Assembly (NCBI GenBank): GCA_049289395.1
Contig: JBATLQ010000015.1
Location: 1-44,578 of the forward strand
Direction of reading: 5' to 3'
Length of the DNA stretch: 44,578 nucleotides
From: Candidatus Moraniibacteriota bacterium
GTDB taxonomy: Bacteria; Patescibacteriota; Minisyncoccia; Moranbacterales; UBA1568
The notes under the pieces: model-generated
Told to the model about the DNA's origin: nothing
Seen by the model: only the letters and a program-made list of their open reading frames with translations
Databases searched by the model: none
Part shown: piece after piece, positions 8,817 to 17,100 of the stretch
How the letters are laid out: every line of letters starts with the position of its first letter
Numbering within the stretch: the first letter of the stretch is position 1
Made by a program: the position numbers and the translations under genes

Positions 8817-9135
8817 TTGGAAAAGAATCCTCATCGTATCGCTGTTTATCGGTGGTGGTCTCTCACTCCTCGCATCCTCATCTCCAGATGGACTGGAGAA
8901 AGTTGCGGCAGAGCAAGGATTTTTGGAACAAGGCAGGCAACTGTTCACCGCGACTATCCCTGATTATATGATGCCGGGTATTCAGAATGAACCGTTCGCG
9001 ACATCACTCGCGGGTATCATCGGCACGCTCTCTGTTTTCCTCATACTTTTTTTCGCTGGAAAAGTTTTGTATCGAACGAGGTGTGGCGAGGAGGATACTC
9101 ATCAACCCTTGACATCGAGCGGGCGTCTCTCATGA
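8806..9135 (+). CDS. PDGLE-domain membrane protein (CbiN-like accessory)
   Basis: TM, then SSPDGLEKVAAEQGF, then a C-terminal TM LAGIIGTLSVFLILFF. Start set at ATG 8806, an 11-nt overlap with cbiM. Confidence 0.75.
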   Translation: MQNNWKRILIVSLFIGGGLSLLASSSPDGLEKVAAEQGFLEQGRQLFTATIPDYMMPGIQNEPFATSLAGIIGTLSVFLILFFAGKVLYRTRCGEEDTHQPLTSSGRLS

Positions 9136-9149
9136 TAGGATAGACAGTA

Positions 9150-9158
9150 TGCTACAAT
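9150..9158 (+). promoter_or_regulatory. extended -10 element TGcTACAAT
   Basis: agtaTGcTACAATaa lies 27 nt upstream of ATG 9186, and is the same 11-mer as at 2903-2913. Confidence 0.4.
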
Positions 9159-9185
9159 AAACAGGTAATTAGTAAGGCAAATAAC

Positions 9186-9740
9186 ATGGAAGAGCTTATC
9201 AAGAAAGCAACCGATGCCGTAGTCGCGTCTTTGAAAGGAGCGGACAAGATCTATGATACGATGTTCGACATCGTGAAGGGGAATGTGGTAGATATTTTCA
9301 AGGGAACGGGAGATGTCGCAACTGCCGGAAGTGGCGCGGTTGTTAAAATTGTCGCGAGTCTCATCGAGGGAGTTTCGGAAATTGGAGGCGAAGCAGGCGA
9401 AGCGACACAGAAAGTCGTCATGGGAACGCTGAAGGGTATCGCCGAAGTCGGTGGAGACACAGCCGGAGTAATCGAAGACTCTGTTCGTGGAGCGATTCGT
9501 GGGACGAGTGAGGTCGGTGGAGATCTCGGCAAGGCAGCGGTAGGAGCCGTGGAAGGTGCCGTGAAGTCAGCCGAAGAAATCGGCCTTAGTACGGAAGATG
9601 CTCTGAAGAATGCGATTTCAGGAGCTATTACGGGAGCTGGGGAAGTCGGAGGGAGCGCCATTCAAGTCGTTACAGATGCTTTGACCGCTTCGGTCAAGGG
9701 TGCGAAGGAGATTCTCAGTGCGCCTTTCGATGCGAAGTAA
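9186..9740 (+). CDS. hypothetical protein built of eight 22-residue Gly/Val/Ala/Glu repeats
   Basis: Units such as VMGTLKGIAEVGGDTAGVIEDS, VRGAIRGTSEVGGDLGKAAVGA and ISGAITGAGEVGGSAIQVVTDA tile almost the whole 184 aa. No signal peptide or TM. Confidence 0.6.
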   Translation: MEELIKKATDAVVASLKGADKIYDTMFDIVKGNVVDIFKGTGDVATAGSGAVVKIVASLIEGVSEIGGEAGEATQKVVMGTLKGIAEVGGDTAGVIEDSVRGAIRGTSEVGGDLGKAAVGAVEGAVKSAEEIGLSTEDALKNAISGAITGAGEVGGSAIQVVTDALTASVKGAKEILSAPFDAK

Positions 9741-9745
9741 GGAGT

Positions 9746-9907
9746 TAGACCTGTTGCCTTATAGGCTTCTTGGTAAAAATCGACAGATTTCAGACAGAGC
9801 CGATGAGAAAATATTTTTTGTTTAGCCATAGCTAAGCCAAAAATATTTTCTCAAGGATATGGCGAAAGGTGGCATTTTTAACTGGAGCTTATAAGGCAAC
9901 AGGTCTA
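9746..9907. repeat. 162-bp foldback (MITE-like) element, copy B (reverse complement of copy A)
   Basis: Hand alignment of B with the reverse complement of A gives 155/162 identical and no indels. Confidence 0.85.
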
Positions 9908-9920
9908 TTGATTGAAGTAG

Positions 9921-9952
9921 AACAAGAGACCCCTAGAGGTCTCTTGTTTTTT
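9921..9952 (+). terminator. intrinsic terminator
   Basis: AACAAGAGACC-cctaga-GGTCTCTTGTT (11-bp perfect stem) followed by TTTTGT. Confidence 0.8.
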
Positions 9953-10031
9953 GTCTGATTCGACGGTTTTTTCCTGGCATTCTATAATGAAAGGATGAAA
10001 GAGAATGTATTTGTTGTAGTATTCTAAACAT

Positions 10032-11036
10032 ATGGGGATAGTAGAAAAATTTCCCGTACCAAAACCGATTGGAGGCACAGAGAGGGCTACGAATCCTAAA
10101 TTGATTCAACATGTGACGAGTACGGTAGAGGTGCGGAATACTCAGGGTATCGTGATTCAAACCATATCAGTTGAAGAATATTCTCCATCCAAAGAGAATC
10201 AAAAGAGCGACCGACCGGTTCTCGTGGTGCCGGGTTATACTGAGGGACCGAGAACACTTGAGGAAAATCAGCGAGAAACTGCTTTGCTGGGACGAAAAGC
10301 CTTTACTTTTGATGCTCAAAGGGGTATATCGAATGGAGGAGGGGATCCTGCTGATCTGCTCCGTCTGAAGCGCGAGGGATTCCACGAGTATGAGATCAAA
10401 AAGGCGCAAGCTTTATTGGAAGTTGTTCGCCAGAAAGGAATAGGTAAAAAGGAATTAGATGCCATTGGGCATTCGGAAGGATGTATTTATCTCGTGCTGG
10501 CGGCACTTGCCAACCCAGTGCCATTTCATACGCTTCTCCTCGTCAATCCGGGCGGGATGGTCGGGCAAGACAACTTCTTTTCGCTGATTGATCGTGCCTA
10601 CAAGCATTCGAAAAAAGAGCGGGAGATGATACAAAGGAATCCGGATTTGAAAAAAGTGCATGATATCGGGAAGAGTGAGCGGGTAAAGAATTTGACACAG
10701 AGCATTATGACTGGTATTTCTGCTCCGAGGGCGATTGCGTGTACGCAAATCCGGGAATTGCTCGTTCTCCTCAAGGAGAAGGGTGTTCGTATCGTGATTG
10801 CTCACTCAGTAGATGATGAAATATTCCCGATGGATGAGGTGCGAAAGATGTCCGCTGAGGGTATCGATGGATTCTACTCTATCAATATGAATCTCGGGCA
10901 TAATGGCTATTTCTTGGACCCCAAGACGCACGCCTTTCTCGCCGAGCATACTTTTTCGGGGATTGAAAAAAGAGAAGAGAGGGAGGCGGCAGAAAAACAG
11001 GGTTTTCCTGCATCAGAAGAGCGATTGGCGGCATAG
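10032..11036 (+). CDS. alpha/beta-fold hydrolase
   Basis: Nucleophile elbow IGHSEGC (GxSxG), plus later HSVDDEIFP and LGHNGY as candidate acid and His residues. Confidence 0.65.
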   Translation: MGIVEKFPVPKPIGGTERATNPKLIQHVTSTVEVRNTQGIVIQTISVEEYSPSKENQKSDRPVLVVPGYTEGPRTLEENQRETALLGRKAFTFDAQRGISNGGGDPADLLRLKREGFHEYEIKKAQALLEVVRQKGIGKKELDAIGHSEGCIYLVLAALANPVPFHTLLLVNPGGMVGQDNFFSLIDRAYKHSKKEREMIQRNPDLKKVHDIGKSERVKNLTQSIMTGISAPRAIACTQIRELLVLLKEKGVRIVIAHSVDDEIFPMDEVRKMSAEGIDGFYSINMNLGHNGYFLDPKTHAFLAEHTFSGIEKREEREAAEKQGFPASEERLAA

Positions 11037-11123
11037 GCGTACAAAATAATATCTCTATGGGTTCCCTGCGATAAATCGGATATCGGGAATGAGATTTTGG
11101 AGGACTTACTTGGCAAAAAATGT

Positions 11124-11152
11124 TTGTTGAGTAAGTCTTTTTTTAGTATAAT
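11124..11152 (+). promoter_or_regulatory. promoter TTGTTG-17-TATAAT for the giant gene
   Basis: TTGTTG 11124-11129, TATAAT 11147-11152. Followed by the Shine-Dalgarno AAGGAGGA at 11158-11165, 5 nt before GTG 11171. Confidence 0.55.
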
Positions 11153-11170
11153 GAGGGAAGGAGGAACTCT

Positions 11171-14100
11171 GTGCGAATCTCTCGTTTTTTGCGTAGGGAA
11201 TCTTCGCACAGGATGGTATTTTTGGGTACATTTTTGAATACTTTTTTCGGAATGGTACGCGTAAAAGAAAAAATAAAAATACAGAAGAAATTGCCCGCTT
11301 CAAAGGAGCGTCTTTCTGTTGTCAAAAAGACAAAAAAGAAAGAAAAAGAAAAAGCCCCGGCGACAGGGAAATCAATATCTACTCGGTCTCGTTCTCTCAA
11401 GAAGAAAGTCATTCGCTCAAAGTCCCTTCCTGATGCAGTGGATGCCTCAGTGGTTTCCTTGAAAAAACCAGTCACTCAGCCATTGTTTCAGAAAAAAGTG
11501 ATTTTCCAGAAAAGAACAATCGTTTCGACGAAAATGCAGATTTTTGACAGGGAAACGGAGGGTCGGACACTGTTGCGTCGCTTTATAGAAAAGTCATCCA
11601 TACACCAGAATGTTCAAATAATACCTGAAGAAAGCCAAAATAATAAGGAGTGTTTGCATGGTATCGCGAATACCTCTTCGGAGACGGTATCCTCACGACG
11701 ACGATCCACTCTTCGTCCGGTGGGCGGGAGAGGGAATGCTCTTCGGAACAAACTGAGCCTCCTTCGGGGATCTCTGCTCTCTTTTGGGAAACTTCAGAAC
11801 ACAGAAGAGGCATTGTTCTCCCGCTGGAAAGTGTATGTGACCAGAGAGATTCTCCGATGGAGAGTAGAGATAAAGCAGGGGATTCCTCCTGAAGGAGAGC
11901 CAAGACAGCGAGTAATCATAGAAGCGGAAAGTCTGACTGAATTTCTGGACACATATGTGGTGACTCGGAGGGAAAGTTATGGGAAGGCCTATGTGAGGCG
12001 TTTGTATTTCTCTCGCGTGTGTGAACAGATACAGAAGACAACCGTATCTTTGGGGAAAATAATCGGGGCATTCTCATGGAGGAGCAGTATTATCGCGATG
12101 GTCGCGATCGCCGCCGTGTATATCGGTGGAATGAATGTATCGGGCGCGCCATTTGCCCGGACCATTACCACGGAAACCGAGTGGGGTCTCGGGACGACGA
12201 CTAATCTGTCACTGGAGAGTGCCACCGACGCCATACAGTTAGCATCGGATGGGAGCTGGTCAGCCCGTACCTGGGCAGTGCCACCCGATACCGTGAGCGC
12301 CGGATCAAGTTCAATCTTCGTTGGTGATAATCTCTATGTGATACGGGGACTATCAGATAAGGCATTTTGGAAGTATGATTCCGTACTGAATGAATGGGTA
12401 GAGCTTTCGGATTTGCCATTCCCTGCTTACTATGGCGCTGATATGGTTGCTGATAGTACTAACGGTCTCCTTTATGTGATTTTCGGTGGTTTTTCGAAAA
12501 AGTTCTATTCGTATGAAATAGCGACAGATACATGGATCGAGCTTCCGGAGCTCCTCGATACACCGTGGACCGGAGCAAGTATTGGTTTTGATGGGACGAA
12601 CCCCTTCGTTCTTCGAGGAAACAATAGTACGGATTTTTGGAAGTATAATGTCGCTTTGAATGAGTGGCAGAGTTTGGCACCGAGTACGTTAGCTGTTTCG
12701 ACTGGGGCGAACCTCGTGTATGGATACGATGGGAATTTTTACACACCACGTGGTGCTAATACAGTGACGTTCTATCGCTACAACATTGCCAGCAACACCT
12801 GGAGTACTCGTACAAATATCACCACTGGACAGAATTTCAATGGCGATCAGAAGGGTGCCTATGCCAATGGTTATATTTACTATGCTCGTTCGGCTAATAC
12901 GACGGGGTTTCTTCGTTATGACATTGTGGGTAATAGTTGGACAGTGTTGGCTACGACACCAGCTGCCGCCAACTATACCTCGGTTGCTTTCAATGCCAAT
13001 GACAACCTGCTCTACATGCTTCGCTCCAACAATACGTATGATTTGTGGAAGTTTGATCCGACTATTGGTGCGACGGGAGATTGGGTTGGTCCTCAGCAGG
13101 TGATGAACAATACTATTACGATGAGTACAGGAAGCGACCTCATCTGGAACGAGGTGACGGGTGCTGGAGGATATATGTATGCGGTACGTGGTGGGACACT
13201 CAATTTTTACCGTTACGACATGACAGCCAATACTTGGTCTGCTATGGCCAACTTGCCGGCGACGGTGACGGCGGATACAAACTGTACTTATAATGGGGGG
13301 TATGTCTACTGTCCTCGTGGTACAAATACCACGACCTTTTATCGCTACACGGTTGCGTCCAATACCTGGGCAACGGTGACAGCAGCACCAGGTACGGTGA
13401 GTAACGGTGGTGGGGCGTCTTACAATGCTTCGACAAATAGGGTGTATCTCCTTCGTGGTAATGGCACCGCTAATTTCTACAGTACCGATGTGGCAGTGGG
13501 ACCATGGACAACACTGGCTAATACGGTGGTTGATGGGGTCACGTACGCCATCAATATTGGTGGGAAACTCATTTCTGATGACACAGATCTCTATGCTACG
13601 GTGGGAAACGGTGAAACGGCGTTTTTGAAATTCGATACTGTCGCTGGGACGTGGTCGACATTGGCTCCAACTCCATTTGCTCAGTACTACGGAACAACCA
13701 TGACGCACGCAAGTGGAAAGATTTATGCTTTGGCTGGCTACTACAAGGATGAAACCTGGGAGTACACTATCGCTACCGATACCTGGAGGATGTTGCCTTC
13801 GAACCAAAAGTATCTGTATGGTCGTGGACCGTATAACGGAGCTGATATCGAATACGCTGGGGGCAATTCCTTTTATGCTTTGACAGGTTTATCGACTACT
13901 GACATGTGGAGCTTCACATCGGGGACCAATAATTTTGTTAGTACGGGGAGCTATGTGAGTGAAGCACTGGATATGGCACAGGTGACTGACTGGGTCTCTT
14001 TTGTAGCAAGTGATACCACTCCCGCCAATACCAGTATCGTGTATGAGACGCGCACCAGTACTGATGCGAGTTCCTGGTCAGCGTGGGAAGCGGTGGTAGG

Positions 14101-17100
14101 AACGACTATTGCCTCACCAGCTCAGCGGTATATCCAGGTACAGATGACACTCGCCACGAGTGATGGGGTAAGTACGCCGACGGTGTCTGATTATACGATT
14201 ACCTACAATAACTCTGACACACCACCGACCAATCCGACTGCTGTCAATGCGTATTCACAGATTTCAGGCGGGGTAACACTCACTTCTGGTAGTACTTATC
14301 TCTATGAACATCCGTACTTTACGTTCTCTGGTGCCAGTAGTCCGGAGGCAGGCGTGGAAGGGTACTATGTCTACTTTGGTACCAATGCCAGTGCTGACCC
14401 GGTAGCAGACGGATCATTTCAGGCGAGTACTGCCTATGAAGTGAACCAGGCACTGGATGCTACCACCTACTATCTGCGTATTAAGACTCGGGATAATAAT
14501 GGCAATGTGAGTGCTGGGACGTACTCGGCCTTCACCTATATCTATAATGGAGTGGCTCCGGCTCTGGTCGAGACCAAGACGAGCCAGGCTGATTTCTCAG
14601 CCGGGACGCTCTCGAATGTATCTGCGACTGATGTGACCGATGCATTGCGACTCTCTGCCAGTGGTAGTTCTGGGTTTTGGAACCAGACAAGAATAACCAA
14701 CTCACTAGCAGGCATGAATTATGGGAGTGATTCAGTCCAAGTGAATTATGGGGGCACTGATTATATCTTCGCTTTGCGCGGTGGTAATTCGACAGGATTT
14801 TATCGGTACACAATAGCGACTGATACGTGGACATCGATGGCGGTGACACCGGGCAATGTGGGCTATGGAGGGTCTATCGAAGCTGGACCAGGCGATGTTT
14901 TGTATGCTACTCAGGGAGGAAACCTACCAACTTTTTGGAAGTATGATATTGCCCTTAATACCTGGAGTGCGGTATCGAGCGCTCCGAAAAACTTCTATAT
15001 TGGAGGATCGATTTCGTATGATGGATCACGGTATATCTATGGCCTCCCAGGGAGTGATGATGCGTTCTATCGTTATGATACGACAGGAGATACCTGGAGT
15101 GCGCGTGCCAATGCACAGTTTGGCAACCCAAATACCGTTGATGGTCAGCTGGTGAACTATGATTCGGACAGTGTGTATGATGGACGCAACAATATTTATG
15201 TGATGCAGGGTAACTACTACCCGTATTTTGCCAAGTACTCCATTGCCACCGACGCTCTGTATGGTGAAACCGCCAATACCTGGACGGTACTCGCTTCAGC
15301 GCCAACAGGAGTCTATACAGGAGGCAGTCTCGCCTATGATACGACAACCGACAGTGTGTACATGACGCGAGGGAACTGGAAAAGCAACTACTACAAATAT
15401 GCTGTTGAAACCAATAGTTGGTCTCAACTCCCAGATACGCCGACGACCTTTGGGCAGGGCGCTTCGCAGATAGTGTACAACGGATATATCTATGCGCTTG
15501 GTGGTAATAATACAGCGAGTTTCTATCGGTATAATATTGCCGAAACTTCGTGGGAAATTCCAACTATGGGAATTTTCGGACCTGCTGTACCGAGCACTAC
15601 GGCCTATTTCCCATACTCCTATGGTACTTTTGCTGTCTCCGATGAAGGTGAGAACCTCTACATCGTTCGTGGTTCCTATGACAATGTCTTTGTCCGGTAC
15701 AATGTGACAACAGGAGTGACGACAGAAATGGCTCGACTACCGGTAGGTGCCTATGACGGATCGTCACTTGTGTATGTCGGTAATCACAATGAAATCTACT
15801 ATTCACCAGGAGCCATCGGTACCACTCGATTGACTGGAAGCAACTATTTCTTCAAATATGATATTCCGACTAATACCTGGAGTGAGATAACCACTGATCG
15901 TCCGCCAGTACAGGTCGGTGCCGGTTCGAGTATGACCTATGATGGGACGCAGTATATCTACCTGACGCGCGGAGCAGGTCAGACCACTTGGTGGCGCTAT
16001 GATCTCAATGCTATCGCGGGATCTCGTTGGTCAGTAATGTCTACTGTTGGGGCGCCAAACGTCACGACTGGTGGTGAGATGGTGTACAACGGCGGATATA
16101 TATATTCTATTCGTGGTGGGAATAACGCGAACTATCGCTATGATATCAACGCGGGTACGTGGGCGACCATGCCAGTTTTGCCAGCCACTATTAGTTCAGG
16201 TGGCAGTATCGCCGATGGCCATGACGGATACATTTATACGACCCGTGGAGCCAATACCTCTAATTACTATCGTTATTTGTTGGCAGATGGTCTCGCTGGG
16301 ACATGGGAAGCGGTGACAGATGTTCCAGCTCAGGTCAATATTGGTGGCTTTCAGAAGCATTTGAGTAACCGTAATTGGGTCACTGCTGGGAATGGTACTA
16401 ATTCTTACCCTGATGGGCTGTATAGTTATGTGGTCAGTTCGACGGGTAATGGCACAGGATTTCAGAAAACCGGTACGTATACCTCAGAAACACTGAATCT
16501 AGTCTCAGTGTATAAATGGGCAAATTTTTCGGCCAATTATACGCTCCCGAACAATACGTTTGTGACATTTGAAACCAGGACATCCGCTGATGGAGCGACA
16601 TGGGATAACTGGACGAATATTTCGAATGAACAGGTGCTTGGAACGACTCATACATTCAAAATAAACTCAGCGCCTAATGGATACCTACAGGTGCGAGCAA
16701 ACCTCTCTTCATCAGATCGAATCTTTTCTCCGTTGATCACGGATTATTCCGTGAGCTATTATCAGGATGTTACCGAACCGACAAATCCAAGTGCTGTGAG
16801 CGCTTATACGAGCGTGGCCAAGACGGCCGGCATCACGACTAATACTTGGTATAATCACACGGCACCATACTTTGAATGGCCGGCTGTCGATGGGGTCGGT
16901 GGAGCGACAGATGGGTCTGGTGGCTCGGGAGTAGCAGGGTACTACGTCTACTTCGGTACCGATAGCAATGCCGATCCCGTGGCATTTCAGACGACGAATA
17001 CTTATACGGCGAGTGGTCTCTCGGCGGGACAGAGTTATTATCTGAAGATCATGACCGAAGACAATGCCGGCGTTATAACGGCGAGCTCGTATAGTGCGTT

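Noticed and set aside
12689-13807. 372-aa minus-strand ORF inside the giant gene
   Set aside because: It is antisense to the Kelch-repeat region, low-complexity (R/H/I/C rich), and has no start context. Shadow ORF.
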